This document shows, one piece after another, positions 53,400 to 64,000 of a stretch of 64,000 nucleotides of DNA (its first letter is position 1; each line of letters starts with the position of its first letter). A model generated the notes under the pieces. It was not told the origin of the DNA. It saw only the letters and a program-made list of their open reading frames with translations, and ran no database searches. Made by a program: the position numbers and the translations under genes. Source of the stretch: Lingula anatina (taxonomy: Eukaryota > Animalia > Brachiopoda); NCBI GenBank assembly GCA_051362555.1, contig CM120641.1:18848001-18912000 (forward strand), written 5' to 3'.

Positions 53400-56300
53400 A
53401 GTAATGTTCAGTGTATTATATACCACCTTACTTAACTAGTTGTGGAACAATAAAAGTTTTTTCAAATTGCCTTAACTAGATGCATTAAGAGAAATGCAAA
53501 AGTATTGCAGTCAAATATTGACATCAAATACACATATTATATTTGTCAGTAGCTATTGCCCATTTACAGATGAAATCATTAATTGACTCTATTGGGCCAC
53601 TATACTGGACCAGACATGACCAAATAACCCTATTGCCTTTTCACCTTAATAGAAATGTGCATGAAAGCAACAAATGACAACAAAAGATTGATTTGCCATG
53701 AATTGAGATTGTAATCTTTAGTCAATCATGAGTTTTAGAATACAATCTACACTCAAAAAAAATCCAAAACTTCTATATTCATATAAATTTTTAAAAGTGG
53801 TTGTTTATTGAGCATATCAAGCCAAAAACAAATCCATTCTTCAATGCTAACAAACATCAGGCAAAAAGGTACCAGTACATCTCACTCCCTGCACACCAAA
53901 AAACTTTTCCCCAAAAATAAAAATAAATATCTTCCTTTCTCTAAATTCCTTACAAGATCAAAGCAAGACAGCACTGAACTAGTGAATGAAATGTATCTTT
54001 GCTATTATGATCTAATTTCTTTCATGATCTCCAAAGCAAAATCACAAGGGATGTCCAGATGAATAAATGATACTGATTGTAGTGCTAGTTAGCATTACCC
54101 TAAAATAATAGGCTCATTAATTACTTATTATATCCATTACAAGTGCAGAAAAGCATTTCCTTCATTTTTTTTTTTTTTTTTTACAGAACATTAATAAAAA
54201 CTTCCTGGTGTCCTGCTTTCAGTGAAAATTGTTGCTGACAAGTCAATTAATTTTCCTACCACAGGAAGTATTTGTCATGAAGAAAACTTTATTAAATAAT
54301 GGCATTGTCTCTTAAAAGTCTTAATTTCCTATGTCAGAAGCCAATCTGATCAAATGCCTTAAATGATTGTTTAGGTGCTACATTACGATCCAAAATATTC
54401 CAAATGTAGGCTAATGATTACAGATTTTTATTTATTCATTTATTTTTTTAACTTAGACCCCATTTCCAGAGATAAGATCGATCTACTTTAGATCCACCTA
54501 ACTCCCTGGGGGTTCACGCTAAATAGCTGTCAGCCGAGCGGGCACAAAAGTTAATTACCCCCTTACAGCTTGTAGTAGGTGGGACGGACATTTAAGCCGG
54601 ATTATCTGACAGTAATCTAGTGAGACTCCCCGCGGGGATAGATCAATCTAAAAGCTATGGGAATACAGCCTAAGAGAACCAGTCAAACTCATGAGCCATA
54701 ATCTAAAACTGGTAATTGTCATCTCATCTCACCAAGACTCTTTGTTAATTTTGCAACAAGGGTTTGGTCATGCAAGAAAATAACTATGCATACTAGTCAC
54801 TTGGAATATTAAGTTCAAGTAGCCATGTTTACCTGTCAAGCATACAGCTGAACAAATAAATGTAGTGTCACCAAAAACAAGAGTTTCTTCTCTATTCCCA
54901 AACCTAGAAAACTTCCTGAGCAGAGAGATTTAGCATAACACTGGCTGCATAACAAAGGAACCGGTCATCATACTGATAAATCTATATTAGGACATCACAA
55001 AGTTAAATGCAGAGATCACTACGAGACATGTTATTTTGATAAAGAGCAGGCAAGAAGAGAAAGGCTATTAAGATGCCAAGTGCACTAGAACACCTTCATG
55101 TCTGACACAATACCAACAGCATTCGTTCATAACAGATGTAGAGAGCTTTTTGGTAGAAGTTACAGAATCTATGCAATGAGGGACCAAAGAGACTTTCTGA
55201 CATATAAACTGGATGCTCTTTAGCTCCAGAAGGTGACCACCAGTGAAGTGTATGTGGTGATATCAAAATACTGATCAAAATAAAATCAAAAGGAATAGCA
55301 TATCAAATACATAAATTCCCAATCTAATTTTTTTGTATGCTTGACAGGTGCATCACTTATTTGTAAAATAGCCACTGAGATAGAAAACATGTGATGAGTA
55401 TGTGATATCATTCAGTATACCATAGTAAATTAGAACATCTACACTTTTTACCAAATAAGATATAAAAGTCATGATGAGATTTCTATGTGTGAACATGTGG
55501 GGAGTAACATCAGATTGTCTGTCTCCAGTACAAGGTGGAGCAGTGCTGAACCTGTCTCTAGAACCTCAAGCTTTCTAAAGGAAACAGTCCACTTGCTCTG
55601 GCCTTCCGCTGCCTAAACTACAGATTTAAATTGCCCCTGTTTACACCCAAGTTTCATAACTTTTACACAGTTGAATGCACAATTTTATCAAGCTACTGTC
55701 TAAGATTTCTCCCACTACATGCATGTGGAGTCAGTTGACAATGTTTCAAGAAAATTAAATTTGCTTTCATACCTCATAGGTCTCACAGGAGAAGAACGGC
55801 ATGGGTTCTGCATCTTCACTAACCTTCCAAGTCACTTCTCCACTCTCATCCAATGTAAACTCAGTACTAAAATATAAGACATAAATGATAAACCATGTTT
55901 TATATTATGAATGCTAGACTGAAACAGATTTACACATCTGTAAAAAAAGGAAAAAAGATAATTACCAATGACACACACACACACACATACACATGAATAT
56001 AGGCACGTACATGAATTCCTTTATTACTGAAGTTTGACTGACAAATACATTTTATCTAAAATTTCATTCTACTTGTCCTTCCTGTTACAAATGATGCAAG
56101 CTGCAGTTATATGGGATCATCCAAGATGGCATAAAATGAGACCGTCGGCACTGCATGATGTCTTACAAGACTAGAAATTGTGTGAGAACCTGCATGAAGT
56201 GTGGTTGACCCTTTGTCAATAAGTGTGAAACTCTACATATACGCTCCAGCAATGCCGTTTTATAATCTAATACAAAAGTAACACACTAAACATCATGAGT

Positions 56301-58014
56301 ACATACTATTGTGCAAAAGATTGTTATTCTACAGAACTTAAGAAAAAACAGGCTGAAAAAATACCCATGGATAAATTCTGTAAGCTTATTTTTGTTTGTG
56401 CACCACACTTTTACATATGTCATTATTTCTGACCCCCCTCTCCCTCAAATCCAAAGAAATCTTATCTGATTTTATGCTAAGCTGGAAGATAGACTATATT
56501 GAATGATACCCATTACACAGAAGTTAAATGCAGAATCTGATGGCTGCAATAAAACAGCACAGATGTTCCATTACATTTTTCCACTGGTATACTTCCTCTC
56601 CTAAAAGTAAACTAACACGATATATCTTGCTAGCATCTGCTGGCATGCATAATCTCATGTTCAACATTGCCTTACATCAAAATAAGGTGTAACTGTACAG
56701 TTCAGTACATTTTTTAATTATCTGGTTTAATATTTCATGATAATTCATACATGCTCCATTAGACTTCTCTCTCTCTTTAAACACTGTAAAATAAGCACGT
56801 TTCTGATTTCAAAGATGTAAAAGTGTCTAGCTCAATCAAAAATTATCCAATCCAAGCTATTGTTTCATCAGCAAAAACTGGCATTACATTGCTATCCTAG
56901 AGTAATTTTCATTTTATGTAAAAGCAAGTGGTACAAAAAATATGAAAAAGAATTACAATTTGACTCTGCCCTACTATTATACCACCTGTTTCAAATATCA
57001 TCATGAGTGAATTTTTTTGCACAACTTAAGCAGTTGATGTCATTTTGTTGTGTAACCTCAGGTGCTGGTTTTCTACACAAATAAAAGAAAAATTACTGTG
57101 AAACTCCATAACAATTGTAGATATGTTGCCCTATTCTGATATACATAAAAGTGCCAAAACAGTCAAAACATCTTCAGCCATGCTTTCAAAATGAACCACT
57201 GATAAGTGTCTGAAAGAAATCTGAAGTCCAAATTTTATTAAAATACACTGTACGGTAGGTTTTTCCCCTATGAAATCATGATGTCTATATTGGGGGGGTG
57301 AGGCAAAGCGATTTCCATTTTGTCAGAATTTGATACAAATGGCCAGAATGAAATGAAAAGTCGATTTCGAAATTGGTTCAAGACCTTACTTGATGATATA
57401 ACATGCAAATTTTACTTCTTCAATATGGTTTCTTAATACAGCTCTTTATTAAATCTATGTCTCGAAGTCCCAGTTTATTTCATTTTATTAATTTTTTTAC
57501 TCTATTCTATTTCATATCTTTTTAGGCTGATGAACACTTTTACTACTTGATCCCATGCTGGTTTGTAAAAACTGAAAAATCTTGAACGAGGGAGACAATT
57601 CTTGCAACATATTTTTGTTCTTTTATGTACAACTATTTTTTTAAAATACAACAATTATATGCAATTGTCCGTCACAATGCTCATATGGCATGAAAAACCA
57701 GAGTCAAACCAAAATACAAATGTGTGGATTCTAATAAAAGATAGTTAGTGTTGCATTAAAATGTCTAGGAAGAGGAAATGGTAGATGTGGATCTAGGTAA
57801 TTTGATTATCAGTTTGTGGTTATGTAATAGGTAATAAAGCATATATGTTGCACTTAACGCTTGTTTTAGTATTGCAATTATGTAGGCTGCCATTAGGCCT
57901 ACATTCTTAAGTATAATGTCAGAGTTTTATGGAAACATTGTGGTGTCACTTAAAATCAAAGGCAATTGTTTGTGCCACCATTTATGCATAATGCTAGTTG
58001 AATTGGTTGTTTCA

Positions 58015-58047
<33 letters not shown>

Positions 58048-58299
58048 ATAGTATGTTAATTCTCTCATGTATAATTTTGCTGTGTCGTTTCTTTCAGGCA
58101 GCTGCTATGGGTCTCCATAAGCTTTATTTTGTTCAGTAAGTAAAAGAAAAACATTATCTGCTTTTGTTTACTCCCCTTCTTATACTAATATACTCCACCC
58201 TCTTGATATTGGAAAATTTGTTTATTTATTTATTATTTATTTATTTATTTATTTTTATTTTATTTTATTTTATTTTATTTATTTATTTATTTATATATA

Positions 58300-58343
<44 letters not shown>

Positions 58344-59145
58344 ATCACATCTGGAAATATGTCATTTTTGTTTGCTTTTTTTTTTTTTGTATATCACAGC
58401 AATAATAGAAAAACAAAGAATTATTTTTTTCAATTTTTCTTTTAAAAAGAAAAAATGAAATTTGTGGTTGATTTTTCATTGTATTTTCACCTTTTCATTA
58501 AATGAAAAGGAAAATACAACTGCTTTTTTTTTTCTTTTTTCTTTTTCTAACGAAATGGAAATCACTTTGCCCTCCTATACACCTTGCGCATTATGGTGCT
58601 GATCATTCCATCTTTGAGGCCAAGCTCTGTCTGTCTATATAACTGCCTTTCTCGCCTCCAATATATAACTGAATATCTATAACATAATACATAACCGTAT
58701 ATATAAGATAATACATAACCTATAACCGTGGAATTTTTCCCACATTTCTTCTCTACTCTTAATACAACCCACGTCAACATAATAAAAACTGAATGTCAAG
58801 GCAACATCAATTCATTTACGTTTAGCGTCCGTGTGGATTTCATTAACAGGCTAACAATATATTATGATCTTCAATCACGTTTTAACAACTCAGACCACGT
58901 CGTCCTGAATCAGCTGATCAGGGCCGGCTGATCATGAAACAATGGACATCAAGATACCCACCCCTCGATTCCCGTCTGCTCTATAGTTCCAGTCAGGGAT
59001 ACACATTCCACAATCTGCAAAAAAAGAAGAAAAAGTCCATTCATTTCAAAATTAATCAAATTTTTATTCATTCAGCAAACACAAAAAACATAAAACTAGT
59101 TACCCTCCAGGTTCCAAGGAATTCCTTTTCCACATCATCCGCCAT
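37962..59145 (-). CDS. Uncharacterised ~920-aa double-BTB protein with a lipocalin-like N-terminus and an HBS1-N/UBA-like C-terminus
   Basis: 21 phase-consistent exons (approx. 59145-59104, 59014-58962, 55866-55773, 53192-53124, 52575-52510, 52029-51925, 51489-51237, 50698-50507, 43773-43674, 43247-43136, 42911-42695, 42446-42364, 42136-41956, 41201-40962, 40772-40647, 40409-40241, 39945-39810, 39587-39477, 38983-38871, 38551-38434, 38150-37962). BTB1: GYFADVTITADNNKEFKAHKAIL...LHYLYSESL. BTB2: TDMIFEI...IQAHCVIIAARCDWFRRALLSGMRES...LFLEYLYSGQL...DRYEVDSLKSLCE. Confidence 0.88.
38379..38420. repeat. (AG)n microsatellite
   Basis: Directly visible, about 13 bp inside an intron from the donor at 38433. 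Confidence 0.95.
41722..41883. mobile_element. hAT-like MITE remnant
   Basis: TIRs CAATGGCAGATCCA / TGGATATGCCACTG with internal G/C runs. Confidence 0.6.
43305..43520. mobile_element. Long imperfect palindrome (foldback MITE)
   Basis: CTTAAGCAGCTTAGATGTCTG...CTACTA pairs with TAGTAG...CAGACATCTAAGCCACTTAAG. Outer arms ATCTTCAAGGG/CCCGTGAAGAT and TTCCCA/TGGGAA. Confidence 0.75.
43852..45215 (+). mobile_element. HINE family A, copy 3 (internally deleted X-Y fusion)
   Basis: Same 5' end as copy 1 and the same hairpin (45182-45211). Module X joins the middle of module Y at TTTCCA (44483-44488). Confidence 0.85.
45287..45897 (+). mobile_element. Degenerate HINE-A relative with two ~165-bp monomers
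   Basis: AACAAGGCAGCAAAG start, a duplicated block ...AAAGCAACCTGC...AAACAAAGCCACTCAGTAAATTT...GTTATGGGGC, and a GACAGACAGAC microsatellite. Confidence 0.55.
46755..46992 (+). mobile_element. Short HINE family C nested in family A sequence
   Basis: AACTAGAAAAGCAC...ACCTCTGCCAAGG (subTIR), a GACAGACAAACA microsatellite, and ...CCTTGGCAGAG...GAGGTA at the 3' end. Confidence 0.75.
47040..47108. repeat. (TA)n microsatellite
   Basis: Directly visible. Confidence 0.97.
53343..53396. repeat. (TA)n microsatellite
   Basis: Directly visible. Confidence 0.97.
54453..54673. mobile_element. Degenerate MITE, possibly related to the 43305 foldback
   Basis: Left TTAGACCCCATTTCCAGAG...AGATCGATCTA versus right TAGATCAATCTA...TATGGGAATACAGCCTAA, with TTA/TAA ends (Tourist-like). 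Confidence 0.5.
58021..58390. repeat. (AC)n, (TTTA)n and poly-T low-complexity tract
   Basis: Directly visible. Confidence 0.9.
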
Positions 59146-59200
59146 ATTGAATCCTCATGTTTACATCGAAAATGCATGCGCATTGATGATGTGACGTCAT
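59139..59200 (-). promoter_or_regulatory. CRE + NRF1-like + YY1-like cluster at the BTB gene start
   Basis: Palindromic TGACGTCA at 59192-59199, TGCATGCGCA at 59173-59182, and CCGCCATATT overlapping the ATG. Confidence 0.65.
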
Positions 59201-59743
59201 TTACATTTCTAAGAATAGAACTGTCACGGCTAAAGGCAGTTGCTGAGTCAATGTTTCCACGTGGCAATGTTTTTGCTTGGACCGACGCCATCTCTCCTTT
59301 CTCAAATCCAGGATACCAAGGGGGCATAGGGGTAGGGACTGGTATTTTCCCATCGTGTTTGAAACACGTACATGTATTAATGTAAACGCCGCTGAAACGC
59401 GACCTTCCCCCCCCCCCCCCCGCAACCCAATGTTAATAAACTATTGGTAGCCTACACAGTTCCCTTTCGAAGAATTTAAATATGGAAAATGTTTTCTTTT
59501 TTAAACCAGACATTTTTATCCACCTATATCAAGATATATGGAGCTAAGACAGATTAACGTACTCGTGCTTTTTTCTCGTTTTGGGAGCGGACGCCCCTCC
59601 CATGGTAAAATCTGATTATCTGAGGCACAGGCGATTTAATAAGTAGGCCTATAGGCCTACTAAAAGGAGGGGGGGGGGGCATTAAAATAAGCATAACTCT
59701 CCAGGGCTGTAAGGGATGAAAAAATTGCTTGGTTCTGTCTTGT

Positions 59744-59783
<40 letters not shown>

Positions 59784-60071
59784 GGGTCTGTTTGTTTGTT
59801 TGTTTTATATTGGGGTTGGGGTTGTAAAAGATGGAAAAGGGGATAAAGCCTTAAAATTTATATTATTTTTCTATTTATCAATCAATCAGTTTATTAACTT
59901 TGAGAGGGACAATTTCAGTGACTTGCATTAATAAATAAACAATTTATATCTATCACAGATCTAATCACGGGCTGGCATTGTCGATCCAACATATATCTCC
60001 AGGTTTGTCCTTATAATCGAGAGTGCGTAGCGTGCAACTTTAAGCCCGGTCTCCCCTATATGGAGGAGGAT

Positions 60072-62754
60072 ATGACTACCATAATGGCGATATTAACGAC
60101 CAGATGCATTGTGGTTTTTCTTATTGTGATCACTCTGCCTGCTTACGCAAGGTGCCAACTCTCAGATATAGATTTACGTAAGGATTGCGGAACTTGTGGT
60201 GGGTCAATCATCTTTCTGGTAGCCTGCAGTTGACACCAACACTCACTCGGGCCCGCAGATCGTCACAAATATCAACTGCCAGATCATGTTTCAGAGTTGA
60301 TTATTATTTATAACTACGTGCAGCTATTCTTTCTTCAAGTAACCACACAAAAGCCTTAAATTACTTTGTCACATTTTTTTACAATTACTTTGTCACTATT
60401 CCTTTTTCTCACAATGGTGCTCTACTACACGGTGACGGCAGTTGAGTATCTAGAATGCTCCATTTCTTATATGTTTTTGTTTTGTTTTTTTTTTTAATCC
60501 GATTCTGTTGAAAATCTTTTCATTTGAATTATCAGGAAATGCATGCTGCGCTTTGCAGTTCATAGTAGGTAGGTTCTAATGTTTAATTTTTATGTTTAAT
60601 GCTTTTCGTTTATATCATTGATTTCATTATTATTATTTCATATATTAAAGTCTCGTCTCTCGTTTAGGTCTAATTAAAACATATAATACAAACATTAAAA
60701 GAGAGATTTTTAAAATTTATGAGAGATATTCTAGGACAATTAATGATTAGACTAAAAGAAAATAATTTTGGGATAAGTGTACAATGAACAAACGTTGATA
60801 GTGCAGAGACAGAGAGTTTTTGTGTTGGTCTCCAACATGAAAGTGCGGTTAATCTCAGTCGAAAAATATTTTGTGACAAAATAAATTTCCTGTGTCAAAA
60901 ATGTTATATGCTCTCTGTGACGTAAGGGCCGATTACGAACCCGAGCAATATCGTTGATTTTCGCCTCTTATCATATATCTTGATAAGAGTATTAATTCTC
61001 ACAACCATGCATGCATGAAAGCAACAGAGGTATTTATTGCATTAAATTAAGCGAGTATTATAATTATTTAGCATTACATTTCCCAGTTACATAAAAAAAA
61101 ACTAATTAAACGCAAGATATTAATTATTGATTTCGTTCTCGTTCTGGCGGAATACTTATATACAGACACGTGTGAAGTTTGGAAAGGAAGAGGGGAGGGG
61201 GTTAGATAAAAATGTTACTGGTGTGAGAAGGAGGGGGTAAATAACGACAAAATAGAAGTTGGATGTCGCTGTTGACTGGGCTCTCGGCTCTCGGTATTTA
61301 TAAACAAAAATGAACAAAGTAAGATAAACCACTCTCTTTACTTCATCTTGACATGGCCATTCTAAGTCCACTTATAATTAACTTACTTATATTCCCAATA
61401 AGTTCAATAACAAGTGAATTATTTTTCCGATTCGCCATTTTTTTTTTTTTTTTCAAATCGCTCAATTCTGATGAATTCGACATGCAAACAGGGGCTTTCT
61501 GTTTTTGAACATCTTAAAGACTTTTTCATTTATATTTTCCTATATATCAATATGTTTTAGGAGGAAGCAGTGAGCCCATCTATCAGGAGTTTTCTAACTT
61601 TCTGATGAAAGGTGAGTTTGCTTTCCTATCATGTCCATTTATGCCAAAAATGGTTTTTCCATAAATTCATATTGCTCACCAAAAGATTGCGTTGAGTTTC
61701 TGGTGAAAGTCAAAGACAGAGAATAAATCTTGTAGGTGGCACTGATGGCTGGTACTTTTATACGGATTCAACTGATCTTCGCTCGCAAAACGTGTCGGCC
61801 GATTTCATCATTCAGGTAAGACTGGTTTTTACCCGTAATACTACAATAAAGCAGATACCATTTAGTTACACAGTCAAGCGGGTATATAGGTCATATAATT
61901 AATCTTCTTCTGAATTTTGTAATACTAAAAAACTTGTTTACTTTTGCTGTCACATATTATTGGCTCTTTTTACAACCTGTGCAAATGATCGCATTTAACT
62001 CATGATCAAACAACTGAATACTTATTTGACAAGTAAATCGAAATTTCATCATTTTTCCGTAAATATAGGGATACTATTCATCTATTTTAAACCGCTACCA
62101 AAACACGCTGAATTTCGCTGTACAAAAGAGTACTAATCTACAAATGGTGTCTGTGAGAGCTTTTTCCATCTCCAACGTTACCGTAACATACTGTGACGCA
62201 GGGCAGAATTACAAGAATTTGGTTCAATTTATGATTGGACTAAGTAAGTACACTATTGTTCAAAACCTACGACAATTAAGATGGGACTCGGAATGTAAAT
62301 AGATTAGAATATTAAATTGCTTTATACCTTTATATAGCAAAAAATTAGTTTAGGATAAATTTAAACTCTTATCTCTTAATGACCTTAATTACCAAAGTAA
62401 GATAATATCTAAAACCGTTTACAAATTTACAATCTGCAAACCGATTTCAATGTTTGAGCCTCTCGCTCTTCATTCTGACTTTCCCTCATTATAACGGTAA
62501 AAGCTAGACATTGGGTCTCGAAGACGGTTTTATAGATGGTAATTTCAGAGCAATTTGTCGCGCATTGTAGCCTATGCTTTTCACTCTATCTCGTTTAGAT
62601 TTAATATCAAATTGCCGATGTTAGACGTAGTGAAATCTAATTTGAAAAAAGTCAGAAGTAGTAAATGTAATTTCATTTAACATGTTGAATATTTTTTCAA
62701 GAGATGCCTTATACCGAAGTTCACATTTGGGGATGCCCAAAAACGAAGCCGTAG
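60072..62754 (+). CDS. Uncharacterised ~172-aa secreted cysteine-containing protein (possibly DUF1499-like fold)
   Basis: Exons 60072-60198, 60536-60568, 61561-61611, 61736-61815, 62069-62243 and 62702-62754 join in phase (1,1,1,0,1) into a stop-free frame: MTTIMAILTTRCIVVFLIVITLPAYARCQLSDIDLRKDCGTCGNACCALQFIVGGSSEPIYQEFSNFLMKGGTDGWYFYTDSTDLRSQNVSADFIIQGYYSSILNRYQNTLNFAVQKSTNLQMVSVRAFSISNVTVTYCDAGQNYKNLVQFMIGLKMPYTEVHIWGCPKTKP*. The N-terminus is a hydrophobic signal peptide. Confidence 0.8.
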
Positions 62755-64000
62755 TCATTGTACCACGAAGCCATTTCAGCGTTACTAGAACAGTGCCAGA
62801 GATTGGGTTGGCTTCAGAACTCAATACTGTTTATAAAGACAGATGTAAAGATTCACGAAAATCAAATTCTGAATACTTTACAGCTCATTTTAGTTTAGAG
62901 TGAGATTGTGGAAATAATACTTAAAAAGACCTGTTTAACAGCAGCACTGGAGGCAACATCGAGAGACTGAAAACAACTGAATTTTCACGTGAACCTTTTT
63001 AATGACCTGTGTACGTTGGCTGTGAGGTATAAGGGGTAGTGTTTTTATGGTACACCTAAGGTAGATAAACAAAGACGTCTTGAATTTCTCGAAAACCATC
63101 TAATATAATCCACTGCCATTTTGCCCTTCACCAGTTTAAGGTATTGTTTCATTTTTCGACATTTTGAAATGATTAGTTATTGCATTCGACACTGCGGCGT
63201 CAGGGTTCAAAAACGTTATAGTAGTGAATAAGATAAGGCGATCAAGCATTAATACAATGGCATGTCTCTTGCTTCTTTTTATTTGCCACCATGTAAATTA
63301 GCACTTCACAGAAAATTAAGAAGTAAATTAGATTTTTAGGTGAAGTGGCAGGGCGTGATAACCACAGACTTGACATTTAATATGGAATATCTTTTCCCAA
63401 ATCCCTTTTCTTTTGTTTTTCCCCTATTTTTCTGACTGATAAATAAAAACAAAGATTTAAATTTTTTCACTTTCAGCACCAACGTAACCGTAACAGTATG
63501 CCCCGTTTAGTAGTGATAATATTTTGATGCCTGGGTGTGGCCTCTGCGTAAATGTAGAGGACATGCGTTAGTTACATGGAAAGAATCCAGCGATGGAACC
63601 AACTGTCCGACATTTTTACGGGAATACAGGATTTGCAGCATACAGGAACTTAGTGTTGGCTGCACTCAAAATAATACTACATGTACGATTAGATGAATAG
63701 TGACGCAGCCGATGAATATGCAAACGTGTAATTTTAATTTTGTTTAATCTCTCTGTGGCTTTTAACATTGTGGATCACTAGGGATTTTTACACAGACTGC
63801 AGTGTGTGTGTGGAGGGGGGGGGGGGGGGGGGGGGGCTTGGTTTAAGTCCTACCAAACCGGTGAAAAACAACAAAGATTCTCAAACCAAATCTAGCTCCT
63901 CTAGCGTGTGGTGTACCATTATCATGAATTCTAAAGTAAAGTCAGGTAAAATAAATGTTTCAAAATCTTTTAATATAAGTAATAATAATTAGTGCTGACT

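Noticed and set aside
56073-56266. Possible extra exon of the BTB gene
   Set aside because: All frames from the candidate acceptor hit stops or give the wrong phase, and the flanking exons already join correctly.
58562-58780. 72-aa minus-strand ORF in BTB gene intron 2
   Set aside because: No recognisable motif, and it is not needed for the phase-consistent gene model.
59100-59425. ORFs 59100-59327, 59176-59385 and 59201-59425 as first exons
   Set aside because: Only the frame starting at ATG 59145 splices in phase to the downstream exons. The rest overlaps promoter motifs.

Overview
AT-rich, intron-rich animal genomic DNA. The gene set and repeat style suggest a lophotrochozoan such as a mollusc, but this is inference only. 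Splicing the exons by hand (GT-AG, phase-consistent) gives eight protein-coding genes: ATAD5 (-, runs off the left edge), RPS9 (+), a CENP-U-like gene (-), SIRT1 (-) head-to-head with DNAJC12 (+), PSMD10/gankyrin (-), a ~920-aa protein of unusual architecture (lipocalin-like N-terminus, BTB, helical region, BTB/BACK, HBS1-N/UBA-like tail) (-), and a ~172-aa secreted Cys-containing protein (+) whose exons are all too short for the ORF track. Non-coding DNA is dominated by three families of Helentron-type non-autonomous elements (HINE/DINE-like), two of which carry 146-bp or ~160-bp satellite arrays. There are also several MITE/foldback hairpins and a decayed Penelope-like retroelement with an inverted pLTR and a hammerhead-like remnant. 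Best leads: three covarying RNA hairpins beside a cryptic donor in an RPS9 intron (candidate autoregulatory element), the lipocalin-BTB-BTB-HBS1N protein, the hidden secreted protein, and a 40-bp copy of a PSMD10 exon inserted into the gene's own intron. All family assignments come from recalled motifs, not database searches. Exon boundaries may be off by a few bases.
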